Positions 13,302 to 30,159 of a stretch of 64,000 nt of DNA are shown here, piece after piece; the first letter of the stretch is position 1, and each line of letters starts with the position of its first letter. The stretch is from Octopus vulgaris (taxonomy: Eukaryota), in contig OX597819.1 of assembly GCA_951406725.2 (NCBI GenBank), positions 121,458,001-121,522,000 of the forward strand, given 5' to 3'. The notes beneath the pieces were generated by a model, which was given only the letters and a program-made list of their open reading frames with translations, did not search any database and was not told where the DNA came from. The translations under genes were made by a program, and so were the position numbers.

Positions 13302-13738
13302 GGGTCTTTTCGGTTTGAACGGCAGTTTTTTCTAGCGGTGTCATATGAAATTGTCACCCAAATTATGACCCTAGTATCGATCTATTGCATTTCAATCTGT
13401 TTTAGGGTTAGGGTTAGTTAGGGTTAGGGTTGGGTTGGGATGGGGGGAAGGGTATCTTTTTTCTTCACAAATGTAAATAAACCCAATCTGTTTCTTAAAC
13501 GAGGGACATATTCATACGGCACAGAATGTTGTTTTTTACCTCAATAGACGTCAGTGATTGATTGAAATTACAGAAATTGAAGAAAAAAACAAAAAATATC
13601 TTACAAACTATAGAATTTTCTCAATTAAGCCAAGAGAAAAAGATGTTTTATAAACACATTCTACCAGTATACGAAGTTTAAAATTTTGTAGTTACCTAGA
13701 AATTATGTTAAAAACTGCCGTTCAAACCGAAAAGATTA
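13302..13738. mobile_element. Non-autonomous DNA transposon (MITE) with 8-bp TSD and internal TTAGGG repeats
   Basis: TIR TCTTTTCGGTTTGAACGGCAGTTTT 13305-29 with perfect inverse at 13711-35; AAATAAAT at 13294-301 and 13739-46; TTAGGG-type array at 13402-13439. Confidence 0.85.
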
Positions 13739-14093
13739 AAATAAATGATTACTATTTTAAAATTCATTTATCTTTCTTTTTGATATGACTATCTATGAGA
13801 CCACAAAGAATTCTTGCTTAAAGTCCGCATGTTTCCTACCACGCTTACGTTAGTACCTACTGTATATTATAAAACATCAGTATTTTATGAAGTTCGGTCT
13901 TCGGTGTAGCAAAGAAGGCATACATTGTTTTTAATATGTCCTCCACACTGTTTCTTCAACGAAATATATTTTCCCTGACTATCTGCTTTACCATCTATGT
14001 GTCTACATATACATGTCTATCTCTATTTACCTTTTCTTTGTGCTTGTGTATCCAGCCTTATATATCTGTCGATGTTATGAAAGATTGCATGCA

Positions 14094-14163
<70 letters not shown>

Positions 14164-14248
14164 TCAGTCAGCAACAATTCCCTTCTTGAATGGACCATGA
14201 TAACATAAAACTTAACTTAAAAATGACTTAACAGATCGTATCAGGCGC

Positions 14249-14336
14249 TACTGTTCAGTTAAACACAGCTTATGTATGTGTATATATATATATATATATA
14301 TATACACATACATAAGCTGTGTTTAACTGAACAGTA
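14249..14336. repeat. Perfect 88-bp palindrome centred on (TA)12
   Basis: TACTGTTCAGTTAAACACAGCTTATGTATGTG (14249-80) and its exact reverse complement (14305-36). Confidence 0.95.
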
Positions 14337-14370
14337 TATCAGTATATATATACATACATACATACATACA

Positions 14371-14406
<36 letters not shown>

Positions 14407-14521
14407 TATATATGTATATGCATATATATATATATTGTATAAAAGATCGTGGGTTGACGAATATTGCCGATGCGCGTGTGTGTAGTGGACATGCATAAAT
14501 ATATATATATGCGTATGTATG

Positions 14522-14566
<45 letters not shown>

Positions 14567-14689
14567 ATACGAACGTATGTATATATGCTGAAGTAGACAT
14601 GTTCTTTATCTCCTTAACGTCTTGGAGGTTTCAGGTATAATTATACTGCTGTGTCCATCTGTTCTAATTTAATTAAATTCCATGTCTTT

Positions 14690-14778
14690 GTGCAGCTGAA
14701 GATTGCTCTACATTTTAATTTTATGTAATGATTGCATTGTTCAATTAAATGAAGTTGCATGAAACGATCGTACTGCAT
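14690..14778 (+). ncRNA. Type I hammerhead ribozyme with long stem II and palindromic stem III
   Basis: Stem I GTGCAG/CTGCAT; CTGAAGA 14696-702; extended stem II (TGC/GCA, CATTTTAATT/AATTAAATG, ATGTAA-TGA-TTGCAT); GAAA 14761-64; palindrome ACGATCGT; triplet GUA (14770-72). Confidence 0.8.
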
Positions 14779-15068
14779 TACCTCTGGATATCCTTGTTGC
14801 TTATTTTGATATATATGTATACACACATATATATATGCATATATATATTATGCATATATATACATATGCATATATGAAATATATGTGATTTGCATGTATT
14901 TGGATGTTAAGAATATAGCTACTGCACCGTTTCAAATATTGCATTTTCTGTCTATTTACCTGTTGAGATAATATGTACAAATTTCAGTTAATACTTGAGT
15001 CTTTTTTCTATTTCTGTGAGTGTACGTGTTTATATATGTGTGTATATTTATTCATACGTTAAAGAGTT

Positions 15069-15132
<64 letters not shown>

Positions 15133-15658
15133 CGTTCGTATGTACGTATATACATATATGTATGTTTGATTGAAGGTATGGCTACATGAATTGTTCCATG
15201 GTGGTCCTTATGTTCGGGTGCATTTATACGCCTGTGTATATATGTATGTATATATGTACGTGTTGTGTGTGTGTGTGTGTGTGTGCCGTACTTACATGTA
15301 TACGTATACAGTGGATTTAGTGACTGCATAATTTGAAGTTTCATAGACGTATCCAGATGAGAGGGAACCGTGAAAAGGGTTTAATTAAATGTGTTAATTA
15401 AATATATGAAAAGGGTTTAATTAAGTATATGTTTCTTAACTTCAACCATGTGTGTCGATTGCTTCCTTTTTACCAGACATGTTTATGTCTACATGTATAT
15501 ATGCATACTTGTGTGTGTGTGTCTGTTTGTCTGTGCATGTATATATATATGTATGTATACACGCATATACATACGTATATTTATATATATAAATATATAC
15601 ACATATATATGTTCATTAATACATAGATGTATATATATGTGTGTCTATAGATACATTC

Positions 15659-15689
<31 letters not shown>

Positions 15690-15717
15690 CATAAATACAC
15701 ACTCATATACATACATA

Positions 15718-15764
<47 letters not shown>

Positions 15765-16581
15765 CAAATGCATACAGACATGCATATATGAATAAGTACG
15801 AATGTACACTTGCAGGGCTGGTGTAAAAATATTACTTTTGAAACACATTTATATGTACTTGCATACACGGATACACACATACACAAACACACACATACAC
15901 ACACACACACACACATACATACATACATACATACATACATACATACATACATACATACATACATACATACATACACACATACATACACAGCCATGCATAC
16001 TCTCCCGTACATGCACACGCACACATACGCTGAGCTCATGCGCTTCGGTTGAACATCACAAACAAGAAGTCCTTATAAGACGTGAAACTAGTTTTCAATG
16101 CTCAAATTTTAAGCAACCTTTATTCCCTATTATGATATTTAATCAAACAAACTATAAACCAGACATAAAAAAACACAAAGAATACAGGTGTGGATTTACA
16201 TATTTGGGCGTGTGAGCGTGTCTTATATACGCATTTGTGTATGGCGTTGCGTGTGTATATTTTGTACATAATAATTGTTTATATGTGTATTTAATTGATA
16301 AAATATATACTTCACACTTCAACGCGTCTACGCCAGCCCTACCCTATAAATATACAGCAACTGACATCGCATACAAAGCTTTGTGTGTGTGCGTATGTAT
16401 GTATATATGTGTGTATGTATGTATGTATGTATGTATGTATGTATGTATGTATGTATGTATGTATGTATGTATGTATGTATGTATGTGTGTATGTATATAT
16501 ATGCATGTATGTATGTAGGTATGTATGTATGTGTGTGTGTATGTATGTATCTATCTATCTATGTTAATACACACACGTATG

Positions 16582-16619
<38 letters not shown>

Positions 16620-16713
16620 CTGTGTGTGTATAGATATATATATGAATATAAATATACGTATATAAATATGTATATGTATATGCATGTATGAATATATATA
16701 CAATATAGATACA

Positions 16714-16765
<52 letters not shown>

Positions 16766-16920
16766 CACACATGTACGTATATGCATATACATATATAACT
16801 ATATATATATATATATGTGTGTGTGTACATACAGGTGACATACATGCAAAATATATATATATATATATACATATATATTGATGTATGTATGTATGTTTAT
16901 ATGCTGTATGCATGATGGTA

Positions 16921-17029
<109 letters not shown>

Positions 17030-17270
17030 GCATACATACACAGGGGGGAGTGCGCGTAGACAGATATCTATCTATTCATTAATCAAACAATTTGTCTGTC
17101 TGTCTGTCAACCTGTTTATCTAATCTGAAATAATCTATTTTATACTTAATCGGTAGAAAGTTTTAAAAATTGAGTCAAGTGTTAAAAGTATATATAGATT
17201 AATATTGCATATAAGACATGTCCATTATTATCGATACATATAATATAGACGCATACATTTATATATATTA

Positions 17271-17319
<49 letters not shown>

Positions 17320-17403
17320 CATACATATATATATATGCACTTATACGTATATATATATATGTATATACATATACATATATGTATGTATACATACACGTAT
17401 ATG

Positions 17404-17443
<40 letters not shown>

Positions 17444-17517
17444 CATGTATGTATGTATATGTAAATATTTTAACGTATTCGTCAACATACGTAAATATAA
17501 ATATGTGTATATATGCG

Positions 17518-17555
<38 letters not shown>

Positions 17556-17731
17556 CTCATATATGTATATGTATAATATTATCTATGAACACACACAAAC
17601 TCACTCTCTCACACACAACCACAAACACACACACACATGCATATATATAGATACGAGAAGACGGATTGAACAAATCTCTACAATTGTTTCAACACATCGT
17701 TATCAGGTGTTTATCGGTGAATGTTACACAT

Positions 17732-17799
<68 letters not shown>

Positions 17800-18315
17800 C
17801 TATGTACATATATTTGTACGTATGAATATATATATATTCATATATATATATATATATGTACAGACCATAAAGATATTCATACGAACATGTATAGGTATAT
17901 ACATACAACTAGTCACATAAACAGCTGTTATAGGGGAGTATATATATATATATATAAATTCAAAAATTTGTTGACTTTTATACGTAGAGGGTTACGAATG
18001 TATCCTACTCAAAAATTTTGATACGAGATCAATTTCTTCTACAAGTTGATTACACAAAATCAATGGTATACATTCACAAATACATACATACATACATACA
18101 TACATACATACATACATACATACATACATACATACATACATACATACATACATACATACCCTGTTTTTGATGATGAAATTCCAATGAAGGAACTTTATTG
18201 GTAAGAAATATTAAAATAAACTAAATTATCATATACACACATGCTTGCAACTACATATATACTTATACGCAGACATACGTATATATATTCATACATACGT
18301 ACTTACATACCTACA

Positions 18316-18376
<61 letters not shown>

Positions 18377-18415
18377 ATATATGTATATATCTATATATAT
18401 ATATATATATATCTA

Positions 18416-18451
<36 letters not shown>

Positions 18452-18455
<4 letters not shown>

Positions 18456-18605
18456 GCATGTGCATATATGGGTACAGGACGTCACCAACATTAAACAACA
18501 TGAAATACGAAAACGAATGAGTTGAATACGCAAACAACGAGAGAAACAAATGGAAAACCGGGCAAGTAACATAGAGGACGACCCTTCATCAGTTGTCGCC
18601 TGAGG
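18452..18605 (-). mobile_element. Short Penelope-end-like repeat related to 60058-60235
   Basis: Minus strand GACAACTGATGAAGGG...GTCCTGTACCCATATATGCA aligns with GACAACTGTAGAAGGG...GTCCTGTCCCCATATATGCA at 60080-60225 (+); both sit in (TA)n. Confidence 0.5.
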
Positions 18606-19174
18606 AGTTTATATAGATGTATATGCATTCGTACTTATATGGATGCGTACGTATATACATTGAGTAGGAAGTCACTTGTAGGTGCAGGAGCTATAATGTG
18701 CTCCTTGCCTTTGATATGGTTTCGATTTCCCAGGATTCTGTGTAAGAAACGTGTGTAGCGAAAGGTAGCTCAGGACCTAAGGGCGACGAGTTTTTGTGCC
18801 CCTCACATGTATGCATGTATGTATGTATGTGTGTGTGTATGTATGTATGTGTGTATGTATGTATGTATGTATGTATGTATGCTTGTATGTATGTATGTAT
18901 GTATGTATGTATGTATGTATGTATGTATGTATGTATGCTTGTATGTATGTATGTATGAATATATTCATGTATATATTCTTGTTCAAACATGTTTGTATAT
19001 GCACATACACATTAATAATTATACATTCATATATATATTATATATATATACATATACATGCTTACATTTATATATATATATCTAATTATGTTTAAATAAA
19101 CATATTTTTATATGCATATGTATGCTAAGTTCTTTCTATTCTGTTTGTAGATATACAACATATAAATATGTAGC

Positions 19175-19210
<36 letters not shown>

Positions 19211-19311
19211 CATGTGTTTGAGACTGTGTTTATGTATAAATATATATATAAGAATACCTATATATATAAATATATATATACATATATATATAAGAATACG
19301 TATATATGCAT

Positions 19312-19362
<51 letters not shown>

Positions 19363-19369
19363 CTATACT

Positions 19370-19460
<91 letters not shown>

Positions 19461-20708
19461 CTAGATAAATTGATGGATTGATGGATAGATAGATAGATAT
19501 AGATTAATGTATGTATACTCTGATGCATTCATATGTATATGCATAACTATACACACACATATTTATTGGCCCCGAATACCCCATAGCACACACCTAAAAC
19601 TGCAGACCTGGAAGTTTTGTGAAACTTTGAGTAATGCGCACCGAAGCCTTATGTCATGAACTTAAAGCATCTCACTCACACAGAACGTGTTGTGGGATAT
19701 ATATTCTCCTTTCGCATGTGCGTATTTTTGCACCTCTTCGGCTCATCTATGTTACTGACGCCTATCTCTCTCTCTGTCTCTCTCTCTGTGTCTCTCTCTT
19801 CTACTTCTTTCTCTATCCTTCTTGTTTGTATGTGTGTATGTGTGTCTCTCTCTCAAACTTTCTTAGTGTGTGTGTGTGTGTGTGTGTGTTTGTGTGTGTG
19901 TTTGTAAGTGTACGTTTATGAATATCAATTATATCTGTGTAGGGATTCGTAAATGTATACGGTCGTACGTTGCATATCTGCACAAATACTTATATCTGTG
20001 TATTGGTATATGTACTTGTGTACGTATATATATTTGTATATATAGATATACAAATATATATATATACATATCTTTACAGATTTACATAAATATATATATA
20101 TATTTGTGTGTGTGTTTATATAAATATATATATGTATATATATATATGTGTATATGTGTGTATATATATGTGTATGAATGTATATATGCATATATATAAA
20201 TATATGTGTGTATATGTATGTATATATATATGTATGTATGTCTATATATATATATATATATTCGATATTACTGTGATGCACATGGAAGAATAGCGTCTGA
20301 GTATTTCCTTATAGAGTCAAATGATAAAAACTGGTCGCATATGCCGTCAGGCGAAATTTGATGCCCCAGTCAGCATAACATTTGTGATATACTGGTGCCT
20401 ATGTTTCCACATACACACTAACTATTTACCAACACGTATAGATGCACAAACACACACACACACACAAGCATATATATAGAGGCATCTAACTATCAATCTC
20501 TCTCTGTTTATCTATCGATCTATCTATATATGTATACTTACATACCTATACATATATACTTATATATATATATAGATACGGATATATATGCATGCATACA
20601 TACACACACAAATATATACACGCACACATATATATGTTTACACGCATATACATGCATTTATACGTAAGTGCAAATACAGATTCATGTATTCATATACATA
20701 CATACATA

Positions 20709-20762
<54 letters not shown>

Positions 20763-21194
20763 CATATATATGTGTATATATTCATATACATATATATATA
20801 TATACATATACATTCATATTCATATACAAGTATATATATATATATAATATAAAATATATATAATATAATACATATAATATATATATATATAATATATATA
20901 TATAATATAATACATATAATATATATATATATAATATAATACATATAATATATATATAATATAATATATAATAATATATATAATATAATATAATACAATA
21001 TTATATAATACAATATTATATATATATATATATATATAATATTTATATAATAATATATATATAAAATTATATATATGATATAATATAATATATATAATAT
21101 AATATAATATAATATTATGATATATATATATATATATATATATATTGTTTCAGCCAGATCAGGGCTCAGCTGGATCAAACTTGGACGTCATGGA

Positions 21195-21339
21195 AAGGGG
21201 CTTGCCTCCCAACCACATGTATCCGGGTTCAGTCCCACTGCCTGACAGTTTGGGCAAGTGACCTCTCGCCCCACTATCGGCTGGAGTCACCGAAATCTTT
21301 GTGAGTGCATTAGGTAGACAGAAACTGAAAGAAGCCTCT

Positions 21340-21383
<44 letters not shown>

Positions 21384-21635
21384 CACACACACACATATAG
21401 TATGTCTATATATGTATGTAGCTATATATATATATATATATACACATATATGTATGTGTGTGTATTTTCTTGGCCCCGACCACCGCAGGCATCTTTAAGT
21501 GCCCCATAACTTAGCGGTTCGGTCAAAGATCGACATAACGAGTACCAGGCTTAGAAAATAACACCACTAACATTCTTGAAGGCGGTGCTCTAGTCTGGCC
21601 ACTGTCTAATGAGTGAAAGAAGCGAAAAGATAAAA
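21195..21635 (+). mobile_element. SINE family A
   Basis: Same head, central (TA)n and tail motifs as 27958-28470. Confidence 0.8.
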
Positions 21636-21734
21636 GGCACACATACATACATACATACATACATACATACATACATACATACAAATATATACGTAAATTC
21701 ATACCTACATACATATATACATACATACGTATCT

Positions 21735-21765
<31 letters not shown>

Positions 21766-21775
21766 CACACATACA

Positions 21776-21806
<31 letters not shown>

Positions 21807-22499
21807 GTGTACATTTATACATACATACATACATACGTACATACATAAATGCATACAAACATACACACATAAATTTATACAGGTTTGTGTGTGTGTAATT
21901 CTGTGTTTGTGAATTATTACTGGTAGCTGCCTTTAAAACTTAACATTTTAGCCAACCACGTCGGCGGGGGTCCCTCCCTCATCAAATAAATACTCACAAA
22001 TAACACTGTATCATCAGGTGTCAAACGGACCACTTGCATAGGGTGGTCTGAAATCAGTGTTGCATGAGTAAAATGTCTCGGAATAGTCACTCTTACACAC
22101 ACACATATACACACACAGGGAAGATAGACTCTGGTGTGTAACAGCGATGCAACTAACGCCATCGCCTCCATCATTAAGACTGGCACATACCAATGGCTTT
22201 TAGATTCTCTGTTTGGTAGCTATAGTAACGTTAGTGGGAAGGAACTTGACTTCTAATTAAATTAAGAAGTAAATTTGAATTGTGTTGTTTATTTATTTAT
22301 TATTTTATTTATTTATTTATTTTAATTATTTATGTGTTAGTTTGTTAATTTATCTAGTCTTTTTATTAATTGTTTTACATGTAGGACTGCGAACATGTTT
22401 GTTGGTGGTGGGGAGCACCGACTACGTGAATTTTTATCAATTTATATTTTTAGCAAAATTTAGTTTTTCTTTGCTGTCTTTCTTCCACTCTGTGTGTGT

Positions 22500-23715
<1,216 letters not shown>

Positions 23716-24057
23716 AATTAGGGTATCTTCGAGATACCACCAAGCTGAAAATAGCAGCTATGATCTGACTCTAAACTAACCTTAATAATTATCATCTTTG
23801 AAGGTTATTTTTTTCCATGCTGGCCACTTGATAAAATCGTTATTTTATTTTAAATTAACGATTATATCCTTATTTAAATATATACATATATTTAAGTATA
23901 TACACACACACACAAGCACATATATATATGTGTGTGTAGAGAGAGAGAGGGGGTGGGCGGGGCAGAGAGAACTCATGACGTATCTGATTAATTAGAACAT
24001 GGCTAGACTTCTTCGATTAAAAGACTAAATATACTTGTTGGACAAATATTCGATATT

Positions 24058-24392
<335 letters not shown>

Positions 24393-25107
24393 GATATCTT
24401 GTATTTGTCACTGCGGCAGCAGGTGAGAGGATACATTACAAGAATGGTGTATAAATTTTTGGGGTGTGGGTTTTAAGTAAAAAACAAAATGAGAGAGAAG
24501 GAAGAGAAAGCGAGGTATGTGAAATACATATGTACATGGTATACGAAATACGTGAACACATCTATGTTGCATTCACCCCGATAGGAGGAGAGCCTCTTAC
24601 TGGGGTCAGGCCAGTAGAAAATGCCCCATAGATACAGGGTCAAACTGAGTATCAAACGCATGGGCCCTCAGCCAATTGCTCTCCAATCTACAGGTGCATG
24701 CTTAAAATGGTTCCGTTTAAGCAAACCATTTTTGTTATAGTCACCCACCTACCGATACATTCGCTGGAGGAAAGCAATTGCCCTTTACAAGTGCAACTTT
24801 AAAAAAAGTCGATGAGGGCTTGAGCGGAGACAAGCGTGGTTATCTTCAATCGTTTTAACCAATGTTAATAATTGTTATCGTTTCGAAATTTCCAGGCAGA
24901 AGCGCAACGGGGGCAGGTCCGTCGATGTCCCCTATTTTGTTAGACGTTCAAAGGGTTGCAAAACGAACTATACTGGGATTTCATTCCAGAACATAAAGAA
25001 ATTATATAAATTCATCTTTACGTGTGCATGTACATGGGCAAATATATACATACGTACGTACATGCATATTATATACATACATACGTATATATACATACAT
25101 ACATACA

Positions 25108-25166
<59 letters not shown>

Positions 25167-25176
25167 CTGGATAGAT

Positions 25177-25210
<34 letters not shown>

Positions 25211-25224
25211 CTGGATAGATAGAT

Positions 25225-25278
<54 letters not shown>

Positions 25279-25798
25279 TTATATATATATACATACACAC
25301 CCACACACACACATATATATATATATATACATATATACATACATATACACACATATATATATGTATACGCTCATGTATATATTTCTATAGGTACACCTAT
25401 AGGTATATATATTCATATACATATATATTTATTCATTTATATAAGTCTTACTGTTTATTCATATATATGTCAATATATATATATACATATATATATATAT
25501 ATGTCAATATATATATATAGATACATACATACATACATACATACATACATACATACATACATGCATACATACATACATACATACATACAAGCATACATAT
25601 ATACATACATACATTCATATTGTAAATGATAGATAGGGAAGATAAAATGTACTGTAAGCTCTATTTAGCATGCATGTATAAATGTGTGTATATACATGCG
25701 TGTGTGTGTGCAAACATAAATTCGTGACACATCAGTCACTTGAGAAATATAAATCTAAGTACACAGAATTTAATACAAATATACATAAGTTTATTACG

Positions 25799-25829
<31 letters not shown>

Positions 25830-25908
25830 CATATATCATACATGTATATCGTATATACCCACACCCATGTCAGCATGGGTGTGGGTATATAAACAGTAAA
25901 TGATTGTA

Positions 25909-25956
<48 letters not shown>

Positions 25957-26215
25957 ATATACGTATATACAATCCGTAAATAGTTCTACACAATGTACTT
26001 ACTCAAATTTCATTAACTGCCAACTACAGAAACTTGTTAAGCCTGTGTTCAAATGGAATTTATAAATTGCTTCTTCTGTTTTTCATGTGTACGTACATAC
26101 ATACATACATACATACATACATACATACATACATACACACATACATACATACATACATACATACATATTTGAATATCTTAATATGTGTATATATGTAAGT
26201 ACGTATAGATGTATG

Positions 26216-26288
<73 letters not shown>

Positions 26289-26507
26289 GAGAGAGAAAGA
26301 GAACGAAAGAGAGGCGCAGAGAGATAGATATGGTGAGAGAGAGAGTGTTAGTGAGAGATAGATGTAGTTTATACAAATTAACTAATAGCTTCGGTATTTT
26401 TATGTATTCTAATTTATGTATATCACACACACTCACATATACACACACATGCATTCATATATTTATATACACACGTATACACATACATACATATATACAT
26501 ACATACA

Positions 26508-26569
<62 letters not shown>

Positions 26570-26631
26570 TATATATATATATATATATATAAACATATAT
26601 GTATTAACTATTTTTTATCTGTATATAAATA

Positions 26632-26674
<43 letters not shown>

Positions 26675-26850
26675 ACATTTATCTGTGTAAGCCTCTCTCT
26701 CTCCTTCCTCTTTTTCGCACGGATATGATCAACTTCACATAATCATCTGTGTTTATATGTCATATATACGTATGAGCTTACATTGCGTATATGTATATAT
26801 ATACATACATACATATATATATATATATAAATATATATATATATGAATAC

Positions 26851-26942
<92 letters not shown>

Positions 26943-27394
26943 TATTTAATATACATATATATATATATATATATGTGTGTCTATATATATATATATCTTA
27001 TTTAATATACATTCCTATATATATATGTTTGTCTATATATATATATTTATATATATATATCTATATATATTCAAATATTGAGCAAGAGAGAAAGAGAGAG
27101 AGAGAGAGAGGTAGGGAGTGTATGTATGTGTATGTAGGTGAGAAGCGTCGAACGTTGAACATAAATGGTTTTCTTTAATTAATATTTTCATGCTATCTTG
27201 AATTCTTATATACACTCTTTTTTTTTCTCCCCCCCCCCGCCGCCAAACCTATCTCGTATGTATTTGTTTATTGTGAGATGTGTGTTAAGTATGATCGCTA
27301 TCTGGCCAGTGTAATATTTATGCCTTCGCAATGTGTATATACTGTTAATATCTGAGATGTTCTATCTGATCTTTTTTTTTTTTCAATTTTGTGG

Positions 27395-27469
<75 letters not shown>

Positions 27470-27590
27470 TGTGTGAGTGTGAATGTGCGTTCTTGCGTCA
27501 CTGTGTTTAAGGTTGGTGAGTCTAACAGACGTTATAATGATTTTTCTAAGACGGTGAAAGTACATGAATATGTGTGTGTACAAGTGTGTG

Positions 27591-27657
<67 letters not shown>

Positions 27658-27744
27658 GTATGTATATATAAATATATATATTTATATATATATGTATGTA
27701 TGTATATATATGTATATACACATATATATGTATGTATATGTATA

Positions 27745-27817
<73 letters not shown>

Positions 27818-27906
27818 GTATGTATATATAAATATATATATTTATATATATATGTATGTATGTATATATATGTATATACACATATATATATGTATGTATA
27901 TGTATA

Positions 27907-27957
<51 letters not shown>

Positions 27958-28118
27958 CCGCAGGAGTGGCTGTGTGGTAAATAGCTTGATTACCAGCTAC
28001 TTGGTTCCGGGTTCCTTCCCACTGCGTGGCACCTTCGGCAAGTATCTTCTACTATAGCCTCGTGCCGACCAAAGCCCTGTGAGTGGATTTGGTAGACGGA
28101 AACTGAAAGAAGCCCGTC

Positions 28119-28152
<34 letters not shown>

Positions 28153-28470
28153 GACATATACACACAGATGGGTATATAAGGGTGTTCATATCCTAGAGAA
28201 AGAGAAAGAGAGAGAGGCTTACACAGATGAATGTACATACACACACACACACACACATATATATATATTTGTGTGTCTGTGTTTGTTCCTCCACCAACAT
28301 CACTTGACAATCAATGCTGGTGTATTTACATCCCTGTAACTTAGCGGTTCGGGAAAAGAGACCGATAGAATAAGTACTAGGCTTGCAAAGAATAAGTCCT
28401 GGGGTCGATTTGCTCGACTAAAGGCGGTGCTCCACCATGGCCGCAGTGAAATAACTGATAAATAAATAGA
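27958..28470 (+). mobile_element. SINE family A, near full length
   Basis: A-box TGGCTGTGTGG, B-box-like GGTTCCTTCCC, CORE-like motif, central (TA)n/(CA)n, tail to GGCCGCAGTGAAATAACTGA. Confidence 0.9.
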
Positions 28471-28557
28471 ATTATATATATTTATACTCGTATTTACGAT
28501 GTATGTATGTATACATCAATACGTATTGGTCTGTAGATACATTGATTTGTATTCGCA

Positions 28558-28631
<74 letters not shown>

Positions 28632-29351
28632 ATACATATTGTACACTTGTTTTCATTATAAATTAATATACATATGTATGTGTGTAATTATATATATATA
28701 TATATATATATACATATACAAACACACACACACTCTGTCTTTCTCTGTCTATCTGTGTCTCTCTCTTACACACACGCATACACGCATGTTTGTGTATGTC
28801 TATATAATATGTGTGTGTTGATGTTCATGCATGTACGTAGCGCCTTCCTGCGTTTGGACAGTAAATGAACGCAAAAGCTTGTTACATGCCAATAACCACA
28901 CACCGAGTGTGACAAACACGCACCGAGTGTGATAAACACGCACAGATACTCATGCTCTCTCTCTCATTCACACACACACAGATACACACATACATACATG
29001 TAGACACACACACGTACACATAGTCAAACACCTGCGCACACATGAATATCTATATAGATTTATACATACATAGATATGCGTACATACGTGCTCATCTATG
29101 AGTGTGTATTTGTGCGTGTATAATATAATGTAATATAATATAATATACACACTTAGTTTTACACGCCATATACATACATGTGTATTAAATGATACATTTT
29201 ATGAAAAGTTATATCCCCAAAAATATAAAAAGAAAAGAAATATCTTAGCATTAAATTGAAGGGTTACTCAAAAATTTTTATGCAGATGACAAACTTTTAA
29301 ACTTCTACAATCACTTCGAAGTTTCAGCCATTTTGCCTCCCTTCACACACA

Positions 29352-29400
<49 letters not shown>

Positions 29401-29434
29401 ATACACAGCTTATAATATATTTTATATATTTTTT

Positions 29435-29620
29435 TCTTTTAATTGCTTCCGTCATTTTAACTGTGGCCATACTGCAGCAACTCCTTTCCGTCGAACAAAT
29501 CGCACCCCCAGGACTTATTCTATCGGGCCCTTCGGTCCAACTGCTGCGTTACGGGGACGTAAACACACCAAGATCGGTTGTCAAGCAATCGTGGGGAAAC
29601 AAACACAGACACGACGACAC
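29435..29620 (-). mobile_element. SINE family A, 3' half
   Basis: TTACGGGGACGTAAACACACCA...CGGTTGTCAAGC is the reverse complement of the family tail. Confidence 0.75.
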
Positions 29621-29653
29621 ATGATATATATATATATATATATATATATCTTG

Positions 29654-29705
<52 letters not shown>

Positions 29706-29869
29706 GCATGTATATGTATATATCCTTAAATCCTTAAAAAGTTTTAGCCCGAAGGCCGCGGCCATGCTGGGGCACTACGTGTATATATATATGTATGTAT
29801 ATATGTATGTATGTGTTATAAAGTGAATATATAAACAGATTATGTCATTCACACATTTACACTTCACAC

Positions 29870-30080
29870 GTAATATTGGTCTCAAGTTTTAGCACGAGGC
29901 CAGCAGATTCAGGGGAGAGGAGGGGATAATCGATTACAGCGACCTCAGTGTTTTACTGGTATTTGATTTATCGACTCCGAAAGGCTGAAAGGCAAAGTCG
30001 ACCTCAGCGGAATTTGAACTCACTACGTTGCGATAGGCGTTTCCTCCAGCATGCTAACGCCTTTGCCAGATCGCGGCCTT
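29870..30080 (-). mobile_element. SINE family B
   Basis: GAAAGGCAAAGTCGACCTCAGCGGAATTTGAACTCA. Confidence 0.8.
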
Positions 30081-30159
30081 ATGTCAAACATAATATTATA
30101 CGAAAAAAACCAAAAAGAAAATGAAAAACGAAACAAAAAAAGTACTGTGCTTAACATAT

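Noticed and set aside
13402-13439. True telomere or fusion scar
   Set aside because: Short, degenerate and enclosed within MITE TIRs.
18570-18605. CTGATGA on the minus strand as a hammerhead
   Set aside because: No GAAA follows the AGG/CCT hairpin; kept only as part of a repeat fragment.
22030-22070. CCTGATGA on the minus strand
   Set aside because: No downstream stem II plus GAAA.
24678-24740. Acceptor-like CTCTCCAATCTACAG as exon 2
   Set aside because: In-frame TAG within 16 codons in the required phase and no good donor before it.
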